A stretch of 64,000 bases of DNA from Lama guanicoe (lineage: Eukaryota): assembly GCA_013239625.1 (NCBI GenBank), contig MU053881.1, positions 4,733,957 to 4,797,956 on the forward strand, in the 5' to 3' direction. The translations under genes were made by a program, and so were the position numbers. Positions 24,546-38,200 of this stretch are shown piece after piece. The notes beneath the pieces were generated by a model. It was not told the origin of the DNA and did not search any database. It saw only the letters and a list, made by a program, of their open reading frames with translations. Position 1 is the first letter of the stretch. Every line of letters begins with the position of its first letter.

Positions 24546-25009
24546 GGAAAAGAATAGAAAATGAAACAAATCAAAAGAGATGCATTGTTATTCCATGAAA
24601 AGTAAAACTTGTATTTTAAAAAGCAAACATAATCACAGGACAATCCCTGTGATCTGGACCTAGCTCGGCTGTGAACAACAATTACACAGCTGTCATAATG
24701 GATAAATATGCTCTCTGTGGATTCAACCAGAAATCTTTATTGGCAGGATAGCCAGAAGGGCAGTGACTGTGTGTAGCAGAGGGTCGATGGGTGAGCAAAG
24801 AGAGCTAAATCCTACTATTCTGTAGGAGGAACTCAATAGATAATGTCTAAAATCAAATAAACAAATAAACGAGAAAGACCAGTGAGGTGTGTTCTTCAGA
24901 CTTCTGAAGGTAAATATACTAGGAGAAACAGCTAACGGGTAACAAGTGGCTGTCTCCACGGAGTAGGAGTCAGCGGTGGGGAGGTGCGGGACAGGTAATC
25001 TGGATCTGC

Positions 25010-25420
25010 TGGAATTAGGTTTGGTGGAAGGGAACAGAAACCCACAACAAAATCCCTTAATTAAAACAGAAATGTAAAAGTCTGGAGAGAGACAACTCAG
25101 GGCTGCTCCACAAAGTCCTCAAAGACTCAGGCTCCTTTTTCTCACTGCTATACCCTACACAAGCCTTGAGTCCAAGCCCACCTTATGGTTCAGTATGGCT
25201 GCTCCAGCTCCAGCCAGCAAATCCACATTTCAGCCAGTAGGATGGAAGAAGGGACCAAGATGAAACAGGGTGCATGCCAGCTGTCCTTTTAGGATGTTTC
25301 CCCAAAGCCACCCCCACAACACTCCTGCTTAAGTCTCACTGGCCAGCACTGGGTCCCATGGTCACTCCTAGCTGCAAGGGAGGCTGGAAAAAACCATCTC
25401 TAATCTGGACAGCCATGTGC
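25010..25420. mobile_element. MLT1-type LTR remnant
   Basis: ATGGCTGCTCCAGCTCCAGCC..., CTCACTGGCCAG...CATGGTCACTCCTAGCTGCAAGGGAGGCTGG. Confidence 0.6.
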
Positions 25421-27574
25421 CAGCCACTCTGGCGGGTGGTCTCTGCCGTTAGGACCTGTGTTTAAAATTTTTAACTCTACATAGGTATAATTTTGATTTT
25501 TTTATTAATTAAAATTTAAACAAAAGGAAATGGCACAAGCAGTCAACAGACAAAGCAAAGAGCGGTTCTGCCCAGTGGATCAGCACTGCAGGCTGCTGGT
25601 CTGGAGCACACACTGGGGCAGGCAGTAGAAAACACGTAATGAGCCCAGCACCGCCACTGCGGGCCTCCCACCACGGCCAGGGAGCCAGACGCAGGGCTCA
25701 GAGGAAGACCGAGAAAGTGATATATGGAATTCAGTCATTGGCTGCAGCGCACAGGACCAAGAACCCACCGGAGGGCCAAGTAACCCCACGACAACCTTGC
25801 AGATAGCCCCCAGCTCTGAAATCTTTCCCAGCCTTCCACATTGAGACCAGCGTTTTGAAAGATAAAATCGCCCAACACCCCAGCAAGGTGGAAATTGTTA
25901 TTCCTCCTTTACAGATAAAGCAACAGACTCCCAGAGGTTAAGCAACATTCCCCAGGTCATATCTGGAGAAGCCTGAGACTTGACCTCAGGAATCCCCAAG
26001 TCCGAGTCCTGGTTTCTCTCCTCCATGACACAGGCACTCCTCCAAGGGCTTTTGGATTCTCTGCAGAGCCACATCAGGCCTGTCAATAAGTCACAAGATG
26101 CAATGACTCATCTGAAGACAAGATAAACAACAAGGAGGCCCGGTGGGATGACAGGTCCTGTTTCCTAGGAAGTTGCCTTCTGCAGGGCTGAAAGAGCACA
26201 CACTTAGCCTGCAGGAGCCCCTTCTGCAAACACCAGCACAGCAGTTTGCAGACAAAGAGAAAGTCCTGCCGGTTCTGGAGATGGGCGGCCGGGCTGGGAG
26301 CTGCAGAGCTATTTCCATCCTGAAAGGGCTTTTGTCAAGCCTGGGCCACGAGCCTGAGCATATAGAATTCCAAGCCTTTCCCTTCCAATTTCTGCAAAAC
26401 CAGAAGGGGAGGTCATTCTATGCTATCTGCTGGACCCATCCGAGGATCCCAAAATGCTTCACCAACAGCTCTGGATGAAACTGCAGACCCTCTTAGGGCA
26501 GTCATTTCCTCTCCTTCCACTCCAGGCCTTAGGGGAGAAGCAGATGGCCCACAAGGAGATGAGGCGTAAGGAACTTACTGCCCCCAGAACGCATCCTATC
26601 CGGTCTGTCTGGATGCAGTGTGTTCATGGGGACCAGCCAAAGCCCAGAGCCCAGACGGCCCAACAGGAAAGTGGCAGGCAGTCACGGAGGGCCAGGCAGA
26701 GCCAGCAGGAGGGGCCCAGCCCAGGGCTCAGTGACAAGGCTCAGCCTCTGCAAAGACTCAGGCCCCGGCAGGACCCCAAACAAATCTGCTCTCAGATGAA
26801 GGATCGAGGTAGAGCCTTGAGGCTTGGTCAGGGGAAATAAAATAGAAGACGGGGCCTGCTGGGCTGCAGGTCAGAGTGAGGTGATATAATGCTGACGCAG
26901 GCAGAGAGATCTCAGAGGAAATTTTCATACTCCATGACCGGTCGTGGAATCGTGGCCAGAGTCTGCAGCTGAGGCAGCTTCGAAAGTCCAGGACAACTGG
27001 ACAGGGAAGCCTCCAGGGCAATTCAGGAAGCAGTGTGTGCTCAGACACTTTCCTCCTGTGCCCCCGTGTAGGAGGCCCTTCTCCTCCAAATCATCAAAAT
27101 TAAGCAGGTGACCTTCAAAGCAGCCCCAGGACTCCGTGGCAACACTCAGAACAAAGCCCCATTCATCCATGACCCCTTCCTGGACACCCCCAGCTTGAGT
27201 GGACCTGCCTAATGGATGAGGTTTATCTCTGGCCCAATTCAAATCTTCTATTGTTATTTTAAAATGACTTACTCTCACTCCATGCCAGCCCCTAGCATAA
27301 GGCCGTCTACTCAGAGGAGCTCAGTAAATGTCTTTGCTTTTGACTTGACTTGAAAACAATCTAGTTAAGGAGATTAAAAAAGAACTGTATGAGAAAATGA
27401 CAATACACAAATAAGCACAAAATGATGTCATGGAAATAAAAGTCATGAAGCTAGAGAGAGCATTGGAAAAATAAGCGAATCAGAGAGAAGGGGGCATTAA
27501 TCTGGGAAGGTTGCTTGGACAAGGTGAGTTTTGAACCAGCTACTAGAAGGATTAGAGTTTGGGCTTATAGATCA

Positions 27575-28260
27575 TTTTGGTTGCAAGCAAGAGCAATCTA
27601 ATTCGAAGTAGCTTAAGCCAAAAAAGAAAAAAAGAAACAAAAAAGGTAGGAAGGAAGGAGGAGAGAAGGAGGAAAGGGATAAAGGAGAAAAAAATAGAAA
27701 ACACTGTATTGGCTCAGGTAATGGGATGTAGGCATGGCTGTATCCAGGTGCTCAAATGATATTAACAGGAAATCGCCTTTCTGCATTCTGGTTTCCTCCG
27801 TGATAGTGTCATTTCAAGGCAGGTTCCCTGTAGAGTGGCTCCCTAGACATAGATCCTACAGCTCAGCAACCCCAGGAGGAAGAGAAAGCTTCTCTTTTCC
27901 AGTAGTTGAGTAGTATTAAGAACAAAAACAGAAAATTTTTGTTGTAAAGAGGTTCTCAGGGCTTTATTTGTTACTGCAGCTTAACCTGGCCCATCCTGAC
28001 TAATACATGCTTCCCTGGTCTAGCTTGGGACACAGGTTCACCCTATAGCCAGCAGGGTATGCTGATCTGATTGGCTAGGCTGAGTCAAGGTATGGTGTTC
28101 TGACTGGCCAGACTGAATTACAGGCCTAATCCGGGAACCAGGGAACTGAAGCCAGCCGCGCCTTAATCATGTGGTCTGAGATTTCCCCAGAGGAAAATCA
28201 AGACGCTGCTACCAAAGAGAAAGGGGAATGTTCACTGGGCAACAAAAATCAGCAGAGCTT
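27575..28260. mobile_element. MLT1-type LTR remnant
   Basis: GGTTGCAAGCAA..CTTAAGCCAAAAAAG, GGCATGGCTGTATCCAGGTGCTCAAATGAT, CTGATTGGCTAGGC. Confidence 0.6.
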
Positions 28261-29829
28261 AACGTGCACTTGGCAGAAAGGTGAAAGGAGGCTGGGCATA
28301 CTCCATACCAACCATTCTTGCATCTGGAACCCACTATGCTATCAGATGACCCCCCTCCCTCTAAGGTACTCTGTGCCTCCCCACAGGAGATTCCCAAAAT
28401 GAAAGCTGGGTTTTTCCTGAAGAGAGCTTGGGGACTCCCAGACAGGGCTAGGTTTCCCCGCCTCCATCTTTGAGACTCACCACCTGCTCTGGCCAAGACT
28501 CCCAGCTGTGAAATCTCCCGGCCCTGCAGGGAGGCTGCAGGTGTCCAGTGGTGGCCTGGAGGCCCAGGGCCCCACACCTGCAGCCTCTGAGGGCCACCAG
28601 ATCCTGCCCGGACCCTCCCCGCAGCAGGCGCACGGACGCTCACACGGCATTCCAGCAGGGCCGACTCCTCGGGGAGCTGAGCAAAGAGCATCAGCACTCT
28701 TAGCTCTGCCGTCCCCTGACATATTTTTAACCTCCTGGACGGAATAATTCAATCAGGCATGTCTGCCTCTACCCACAGACCTCAGAATCCAGCCGGAGTC
28801 ACTACGTCACACTTCCTGCAGCAGCCCAAGGGTCAGGAGTTCACCCGCTGAACCATTTGCCTGGGGAGCGGGGTTCCTAATAAGCATTCCACCCTCCCCC
28901 AGCGCTCCAACAGCTGTGCTTCCCCCTCGCTCTGGAGGGAAGAGACCAAATAAAGCGGCAGGAGGAATGACGTCGTGCAGAAACCCTCAGCATGGGGCTC
29001 CGAGCCCCAAGGTCAGACCCTCAGTTGTGACTGCCAGCAGGTCAGTTTGGGGGTTTTGCCTCGGTTTTCCCATTGATAAAATGAAGGGAAAGAGGATCAT
29101 TTCAGGGAAGCGAGCCAGTGTATGATAAAGTAGGAGTTTCTCTGCCCAGGTTCTGCTGGGTCCAACAGCTGGTCCAAAATCAAGCCAACGCTTTTCGTAG
29201 GGAAACTTCTGGACTGCCAAACTCACCTTAGGAGAGAGAACTGTAGTCGAGCTGAGCTTGCATCTTCATTTTTCTGTCTAAACTGGGCAGAACTCTGGGA
29301 GGCTGAGCCACCAGCCAAAGGCTTCTGGCTCTCCAAGCATCTCTCAGAGGTGACTGGAGGGCTGGAGACGACCAGGAGCAGGACAGACCGAAGTGTCCCA
29401 AAACCCTGGCCTGGGAGCACCAAAGTGAACGTGTCCCCTGAGGACTCACAACCCATCCCTCAGAGCATTACATGTATTTTTTATACAGTCAACAAGAACC
29501 ACAGAGATGGAGGGGCTGTGAGGTTGGAGGGGGTTGAAGAGAGCTAAATATATGACTAGGTCAGGACAGGCAAGAGAAAAGGTGGCTCCTGGCAGTTTAA
29601 ACCTTAAAATTATTTATTTAAAAAAAACAGTAGAAAATTTAAAGAAAGAAGTCTGGATAAAACACTTCTGTGCACTAGGCTAGGGAGCATACAGCTAAAG
29701 ATAAAGGACAGAGCCACTTGGGGGCAAGGCTGACTATAAGGCCTTTGTGCAGAAGGTGCTTCAAAAGGACAAATCTAACAAAATCACTTAAACGGGAATT
29801 AGGACAAGTCCTGGCAATGGTATTAGACG

Positions 29830-30235
29830 ATTTTGGTTGCCAGCGGCAGCTGCCCAATTTAAACTGGCTTAAGCCAACAAGGGGAATTTGCTGGCTCCCT
29901 GGACTAAAAAGGTCAGGGGTTCCAGCTTCAGGCATAGTTGGATCCAGACTCAGATAGCGCCATAAGGACTCAGTCATCAACTCCCAGCCCCATTTCCCTC
30001 CATGCCAACTTCATTCTAGGATGCCATGTGGCAGCCCCTGGAAGCTGCAGGCTTGCAGCCTCCTTCCTGCTGGCAGTCACAAAGGAAAAAAAGTTTCTCC
30101 TTCCCAAGGGTTCTCATTGACCCGGTTTGTGTCACAGTCACTGTGGCCAGGGAGAAGGAATACACTGGTTGGTCAGACCACAGCCATGTATGGAGTCTCA
30201 TACGAAGGTCTGGAACTCTGGGAGAAAGGCCTGGC
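29830..30235. mobile_element. MLT1-type LTR remnant
   Basis: AACTGGCTTAAGC..., GCTTCAGGCATAGTTGGATCCAG, CTGGTTGGTCAG. Confidence 0.55.
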
Positions 30236-32114
30236 CTGAAGATTAACAAATGGACTCACTGGGATGAAGACGGCACCTAGGTTACCAGTTTTGCCATTCC
30301 CTGGCTGTGGGGCCTTAGGCAAGTCAGTGTCCCACTATGAACCTCTGTTTTCTCATCTGTAAATGGGCAACAATACCTACTGCAGATGGCTGCTATGGAG
30401 ATTAAGTGAGATAATTTACATAAGGTACCTGGTGGGAATCAACAGATAGTAGCTACTATTCTTTTTTCTATTTGTTTCTCACTTTAATTCCCTTCTTCCT
30501 GTTTCTACCTTAAGATGCCAGAGGCTCGCCCTTCGGCACTACTCAGCATCCTGGGAAGGCTGGGCTAAAGATAGAGGAGACCCTGGGCAGCCAAGCCTCA
30601 TTATGACCCTCCTTCCATTCCCTTCCATGTGCTCTGTCTTGCAGCTGAGAGCTGGGAGATGGGGGGAGGGGGGAAATTCCAAACAGCTAGGCTGGAGAAA
30701 GAGGTTGTTCCCGAGGTATCATGAGCTATCAGAACTGCAGGGCCAGGAAAAGGGCTCCTGGGAAGGTCAAAGGCAGAACCTCCAAGAATGCCCTTCCGGT
30801 TTGGAAGTATCAAGCTAGGAGTGGGTTTGGGACTTCCGGGTCGAGAGGGTAGAAACAAGGAAAGCAGAGATGAAGGGCAGAGGAGGGATCCACGGAATCC
30901 GACCACTCACCAAAGGCTGGGGAGATACAGCCTGGCTGCTCCAGGACCAAGCCAAGGCCATCTCAGAGTTCTAAGGGATTGGAGAAATTCTTTGAATTCA
31001 GAAAAACATTGAGACAACCCCACCCACTGTTCCTGGAAAGGACTACATTGTGACACCAGTGATCATGGCCCAGATGCGGGCGGGAACCCAGTTAGGAGCT
31101 GTCACAAGGAAGAAAGAGCAGGCCATCAACTAGGGGAGGCCACCCCAAACCTCACCCGTTCTTCCTTCTTTTGGCCTTTGCCTTTTCGAGAGATTCTTTC
31201 TACTGAGAACTTCCCTCGGGACCTTCCCTTGTGCAGTGAGAGCAGCTGAGCGGGGCAGGAGGGCCCCACCAGAGGGCTTGCCCGACAGCAGGGCTCAGCA
31301 GATGGCTCTGGGTCTCTGTCATTCCTGGACTGAGGGACCTTGGACAAGTCTCATTTCCTGGTCTGGGCAGTTGGAATATCCCCTGGTCACCTCCACCCAG
31401 CGCTGTGTCCGGACGAGCAGGACGAGACAAGGGCCGTGAGGGCCATGAACCTGGGGAAGTTTCAGGGGCTTCTCCCCGCTCCACCCACCAGCCAGAGGGC
31501 CCCTGGAGCCAGAACACCCAGTCTGGGAGCCCAGGGGTAACCCATAAAAGACCTCTAGCTCTTCCCCCCCAGGTCCACCCCTGGCAGCTGACCTCAGCAC
31601 TTGGCTGGCCTTCTCTGAGTCAGAACTCCTGATGGGAACAGCAGCGACACTTGCTGGGCAGGGGCAATGCGGCCGAGCTCAGCACCTGCATCTTGGCGCC
31701 ACCCTGGCCGCGTTCAAATACCAGCTCTAAGTCTTATCAGCTGTGTTAACTTTGGGCAAGTCATTTCTCCTTCCTGTGCCTCAGTTTTACCATCTGTAAA
31801 ATGGTGATAATAGTGTCTGTGTTAAATTAAATGAGCTCCATGACTGACACAGAAAAATCACTCAGTGATGGTAACTGCTATGATTGACACTGTGGTTGCA
31901 GCTTAGAGGATTAAAAGAGGTCTTCAGCAAAACATTTCACAATTCGCAGATTCAAGAGAGGTGGAACAGCCCCTAAAACTCCGTTTTACTGCTCCTTTAA
32001 TTATCATTCTGCTTTCATGTCTCCTGGGCACCTTCTTTGCAAGGCTGCCCAAACATCTGCCCTCCATCCACCGGCAGTCCAGAAGTGGATGGTAAAAATT
32101 CAGACAAGGAAACC

Positions 32115-32141
32115 AAAAAAAAAAAAAAAAAAAAAAAAAAA
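32115..32141 (+). repeat. Poly(A) tract
   Basis: About 27 consecutive A. Confidence 0.9.
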
Positions 32142-33559
32142 CTGCAAAGTTGGCATCTGATCAAATGAGTGGGTGCCCAGGGAGCTCTCAGACAGGGGTG
32201 GTGGTGGCGGTTAGTGTCGCTGTGGCTGTCTGACACAGATCACCCGCTCAATTTTCCAAGGGCGCCTGCAGACGAGAGAGGGACCCAGGCGGTGGTTTCC
32301 AGGAGCTGCATGGTAACAATGTGTCTTTCTTCCTGTAGAAAGATGACATCGCTGGTTTGCACTCACAAGCATAGGAGCCTTAGCAAGCCCTGGAGAGGGA
32401 TTTGCAAGGAACCGCTTCCAAGTTTCCCTGGCCCCCACCATTTGCCCAAGAAATGCGATGCCCATCTAGGGGTCACAGAGATGTCACGAGGACTGTCCCT
32501 GACCGAAGATGGAGAGAGAAGTCTAAAGGGTCCAAGGGGGAAGGAGCCTCACTCCGCCCTCAGTGACACCCACTCCCTCAATGAGCCTTTGATTCGGCTG
32601 ATGTTAAAATGAATCTGGATCCCTCCAGCACAGCGGCTGGCGGACGGTAGCCCCAAGGTGGGAGGGAGGTTGCTCAGGGACGCTGGGGCACTGGGCAGAT
32701 GGAGGAAAGCCAGGCAAAGGCTGAAAATGGTCCAGCTCTTCACACCAGTGGGCCTGCAGCCTGCGTTCCGGCAGCAGAGCCTTTCCCTGGGTGTGAAGGT
32801 GGCTCAGGGAGTGGAAGAGAAAAACAAGGAGACAGAGGCGAGGGAGAAGGTGACAAGAAGCAGGGAGGGAGAAGAGGACAGATGGGAAAAGAGCAGAGCC
32901 TGAGGATACAAGCCGCCTTGGGACTTGGGATGGCTGGCGCATTCCCTGCAGAACCTCCCCAACCTATGGGCTACACCAAGCGTCCCTGACTGTCCCAAAT
33001 CCAAGCCGAGGACATGCCCCGCATGCCCCGTGTCCACACACCGCAGATCTCATGTATGGTCTGTCAGGTCTTCCCAATGTTCCCACACAACTCCAGGCGG
33101 GCCTTAAACGCCATGCTCCACGCAAGTGGCAGCCCCAGGGTGGTGAGGCGAACCACCTGGGCAGCCCTGCGCTGTGGCGCTGGACGCCTCCACCCCTGCT
33201 GCGTGCTCTCCTCCAACTCCGTCTCTCTTAGCTTGGCAGCCTTTGCCCAAGCTTTGCCCCTGACAATCAAGACAGGTGGTGACAATGTAGAGTGAACACA
33301 AAGGCAAGTGGCAAAGCCCAAAGAAGAGCAAACAGAGTCAGAAATGCCAGGCCTGCTCCTCCCATTAAAAGAGCCAGGTGGCCCCACATCAAGAAATAGC
33401 CTGGGTGAATCCACTGCAAGGCAGGGGTCCCTGCACCCGGCCAGGCCCTCCCACCTGCACCATCATCCCTGCCAGGCCATGCTAGACCCAGCCCCACCAC
33501 AATCAAGGGGGACACTGGTACTTTCCTGCCCCCAAAACACTCCTCTACATCACTTCCCA

Positions 33560-34100
33560 ACCTGCCTGCCCCGTTTTTGTTGGCCCATAAAAATGGACAT
33601 TGTTCAGACATCTTGCTGGGTAAAGCCAAACTCTCTCTCCCAGACCCAGGGGATAAATTATGCCTGATCTAAGCCAATCTCGGTCATCCTGTTCCTCCTT
33701 GTCAGTGAGAGTCCAGGGACAGGCATGTGACCAGCTCTGGTCAATGAGATGTAAGAAGTCTGCCAAGACTTTCTGAGGTTGCTAACTAAAAACAGAACAC
33801 TGTGGAGAAATGCCCACTTTGCCATCCTTCCTGCTCTGTGTGAAGACGTGAGGCCTGGAGCATCCGCAGCCATCTTATGACCTAGAGGACAAACCTAAGG
33901 TCAAAATGCCAATGCTAAAGATGGTGGAGTGGAAAAAAGAACAAGCCTTGGTTTCATGGGGCCATTGTGAGGTTTCTGAGCCAAACCTGGAACTGCCTCT
34001 CCAGATTCTTTATCAGTAATATAATTAAATGCTTCTATAGCTTAAAACATTGTTAGCAGGCTTTCCTGTCCTTGCAACCAAAAGCAGCCTAGATGATGCA
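33560..34100. mobile_element. MLT1-type LTR remnant (opposite orientation to neighbours)
   Basis: CATGTGACCAGCTCTGGTCAATGAG, GCAGCCATCTTATGACC, TTGCAACCAAAAGCAGCCTA. Confidence 0.55.
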
Positions 34101-34479
34101 ACAGTCAGCAAGTTCCTCTCCCTTCACCCAAGGCCAAAATCCTACCCCAGCTGCCTTCCAAGCTAGGGGTGCTCTTATCCCCCAGCCAGAGCTCAACTCA
34201 CACCCTTCCTGAGCACCCAAGGCACCTGCAGGCCTCCACCTGAAGCAGAAGCTCGCTCCAGCCTGTCCCTGCCTGTAACGGGTAGGTAGCCACTAACCAA
34301 CCTAGGGTCCCCGGACTCTTGACTCATTCTGTTCCTTCTGTTCATCAGTCAGCAGTCTCCTAGACAAGCCACACCTCTCTATCTCTATTTACTTATCTGT
34401 AAAATGGGTGGGGGTGATGACTTTTTTTTTAACTGCCTTATTTGCTCACAGGATATCATAGGATTGAAACTAGATGAGA

Positions 34480-34830
34480 AAGGGGAGGGAGGGAGGAATG
34501 AATAGATGGAGTACAAGGGATTTTTAGAGTAATGAAATTATTCTGTATACTACAGTGGTGGCCACATGTCATTACACATTTGTCAAAACCCATAGAATGT
34601 ACAACATCAAGAGTGAACCCTAATGTAAACTATGGACTTCAGTTGATAATAACATGCCCATGTTGGTTCATCGATTGTACCAAATACGCCACACTGATGA
34701 GGGGTGTTGAGGGTAGGGGAGTATATATGTGTGGGTGGGGAGGGGTATGTGCAAATTCTGTATTTTCTGCTCAGTTCTGCTGTGAACTTGAAACTGCTCT
34801 AAAAGAATAATGTCTATTAAAAAAATTAAA
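34480..34830 (+). mobile_element. L1MC-like 3' end
   Basis: CATTTGTCAAAACCCATAGAATGTACAAC..AAGAGTGAACCCTAATGTAAACTATGGACT. Confidence 0.8.
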
Positions 34831-36709
34831 TATAGAACCAGAATTTTGATTTGCTATATAAAAAAGTGCTAAATTTTTTTCAAAAGTAATAAATCATACT
34901 TAAAAATAGTGCTCTTATTAAACATACTGACATACCATCAAAAGTAAAATAAAATAAATTAGATCTAAATATTAAAAAAAAGAAACTAGATGAAAAAGGA
35001 TGAGTAAAGTCATCCTGTGCATTTTAAAGTGCTCGGTAAATGTCAGTTAGTGTTATTACTAAACTAATGTCTGGATGGGGAAGCACTCTGGGAAAAAAAA
35101 TTGTCACGGAACTGTAGACTTTTATGTGAATTATATCTCAAAGGCAATTAGTAAAAAAAATCATTTAATACATATGTATGCATGTGTATGCACATATATA
35201 TTCATTGTCATCAAAATCATTATTGTGATGATGAAAGAAGCCTTTGGAACAGGCAGGCCTGGATTAGAATTCTGCCTCTGCCACTTACTAGCACAGCCTC
35301 TTAGCTAAGTGCCAACCCTTTCCACACCCTGAGGACCACCCATTTCACAGATGAGGAAACTGAGGCTCAGAAACCAAGTGGCATGCTACGATCACACCAC
35401 TAGGAAGTGCCTGACCCTGGATCCACACCCTGTCTGCACGACCCCAAAACCCACGGGAATTCCCTCTACATCACACTACCTCCCCGTTAGGTGTCAATGA
35501 CAACATATTGATTGCCCCATGACTGCTATCTTTCCTCCCCAGTGTGTTTCTACTTCTGCCTGGGGTCTCCTCACTCTCCTCACCTAGCATGACACACACA
35601 CCCTTAGTAGCTGTACACTTTCAGCTTGCTTCATTCTTCTCTCTATAAAGAGCTCGTTTCTGCTCTGCCTTTATTTCTTCTCCCAAAGCCCGAGCAGTGA
35701 ATTCGTTTCCTATTCCATAGCGCCACCGTGTGGGCATGGAGAGCACAGCGTGTGTTTGATCAAGTGGGCAAAGGGAGAAAGCCTCACGGCCTTCTAGGTC
35801 CTAGGTCGGGAGATAACCTGTAGGTCACACCAGTAGCAAAACCAGTGTTTCCAGCACAGCCCGCTCCACATCCCCAAGGGAGTCACATCTGCACTGATTC
35901 CATTACAGCCTGCCCTGCCTGCCTAGGAAACAGACACGGGAGGCGTCCCTGCATCAGCAGGTGGTCTCCTGAGGGTTCCAGCGGCTGCTGGGCACAGTCC
36001 AGTACAAACCAGGGGACACCCACCCTTCGGCCCCAGGCAGGGAAGGAGCCACCCCAGCAGCAGAGGTGCCCCCCGCAGCTCTAAACTGACCAGTGGAGGG
36101 TGAGTCCTGGGTCTGCCCCAGAGCCCAGAGAACTCTTCCCTCCAACTCAAGGGAAAGCACATGGAGAACAGTCCTCATTCTTAAAACATTTTAAGTGATA
36201 AATGCAGGTATAAAATTGTACATACGCAGTGATCTTTTATTCTTTTTACATAAACATTCATATGTTACAAAATTGCACTAAAAATCTGGAAGTATGTTAA
36301 AGTTAGTGGGGGTTATTAGTGAGTGGTGGGATTTTTAATATATACTTCTCCATATATTTCAAATTTTTCACAATTATCGTGGAATATCTTTATCGTGGAG
36401 GTTGGGGGGGCAAGGTGGAAGACATGTTTACACTCTTTGGAAAATTGAAAGCGTTTCCCATGATGTGCTGGGGAGTTGTGGTAGAGGAACTAGCCTTGAA
36501 CTTGGCCATCCACTCACAGGCTGAGTATCCCTGGGCAAGCCACCTCCCTAACCCCCATCTGTCCTCCATAAACTAGAAAGCATTTTAGCTACCTACTTCA
36601 CAGTGTTAGTCGGAGGGCTACATGAGATCACGTATGTGAAAACACTGGTACAGAGTGAGTGCTTAATGAGTGTTTTTTGAGTGAAATATGTTGTATATAT
36701 TTAGCATTG

Positions 36710-37190
36710 AGTAGTTCAATGCAAGTGACAGAAACCCAACTCAATTCAGCTTAAGAAAAAAGAGGACAGAATTTATTAAGTTACAAAACAAAAGATGAGG
36801 GTTTCAGGCATGGCTGTATCAGGCTGCTCAAATAGTGTCTTTAGAAATCTGCTTTATCTATCCCTCAGTTTTTCTTTCCCTGGAACTGGCTCAAATATCA
36901 GGCAGACTCTTCCTGGAAGTCGCACTCACCCTCAGCAGGCCGCAGCTCACATCTCACCATCTCAGGTCTCAGGACCCTTAGCAGGGAAAGCACTTCTATT
37001 TTGCAGGAAATCCAACAAAAGTTCCTCAGCCCCACTCCAATCACTAAGGCAAGAGTTTGACTGTCAGGCCTGAGAAAGTCATAAGCACTCCCCGGGGAGA
37101 GTGGGTCAGGGCCTGCCCTAGTCAATGTGGTTATTTGGGTGTTTACCCAAAGGAAACGTTAGGCACAGTAACCAGAGAAAGGAAGAAATG
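36710..37190. mobile_element. MLT1-type LTR remnant
   Basis: GCAAGTGACAGAAACCCAACTCAA..GCTTAAGAAAAAAG, TTCAGGCATGGCTGTATCAGG. Confidence 0.55.
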
Positions 37191-37389
37191 GCAGGCACCC
37201 CCAGCATGAACATTCATCACTAACAGAGCACAAAGACTGTCACGAACATAGGCTCACACCTCCCTTAAGGCAGAGATTCTGATCATTAGCTTCACTACCT
37301 GAGCAAAGAGCCACCTTAGGGTGGAAGGGGCACTGGGAAGACACGCTGTCTCCTCGCAGCCTGTCCCACGTGACCTTGAGCAAGCAGCC

Positions 37390-38200
37390 AGGCCTGGCTG
37401 GGTATCAGGTTCTTCACCTGCCCAAGCAGGCTGCCGGACCAGGACCCACACTCACATGCCTCCAGGCCCAGGCAGTTAGCAAATGAATGAAGGGCCGTGG
37501 GTACCACAAAGGCTGGGGCCCCTGTGAGCCCGAGTCCACTTAGAAGGCCAGGCTGCCTCATCGCGTCAGGAGGTAGGCCCTATATTACCAGGTCTTCTGG
37601 TCTTTCTGGGAAATCTGACTTTTGTGTGTCGAAAATTAACTGTGGTGATGGTTGCACAACACTGGAATTGTGCACACCATTGTGAGAGCCATGGAAGTGT
37701 ACTTTTCAGGAGGCAAATTTGGACAGTACCTGGGTGACAGCTCAACACGGCTGTTATAAACTAATTCAAAAGCTTTTTAAAACTATTCAGCCTTTAAAAG
37801 GAATAAAGAACTGACACACTGCAGCACGGAGGAACCCTAGGAACACCGTGCAACATGAAAAAAAACAGTCACAAAAGGCCACCTACTGTACGATTCTGTT
37901 TATATGAAATATCCAGAGCAGGCAAAAAACAGATCTCCGGTGGTGGCCAGAGTCGGTGGCGGGGGGAGGTGACAAGAGTCTCCTTCTGGGGTGATCAAAA
38001 TGTTTCGGAACTCGATAGTGGTGATGATGGTACAGCATCATGAACGTGCTGAATGCCACTAATTGTACGCTTGAAAATGGCTAATATTTATGTAATAAGA
38101 ATTTTATCTCAGTTTAAAAAAAATTTTTTTTTAACATTCTGCTAGCCAAATAAAACATCCATGGGCTGAATCAGGCCCAGTAGGTGCCGGTTTTTAATCT
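37390..38200. mobile_element. MER102-like element interrupted by L1M 3'-end fragments (~37630-37760, ~37790-38125)
   Basis: MER102-like pieces at ~37590, ~37765 and ~38135 flank L1 3' UTR motifs GGTGATGGTTGCACAAC and GATAGTGGTGATGATGGTACAGC. Confidence 0.5.
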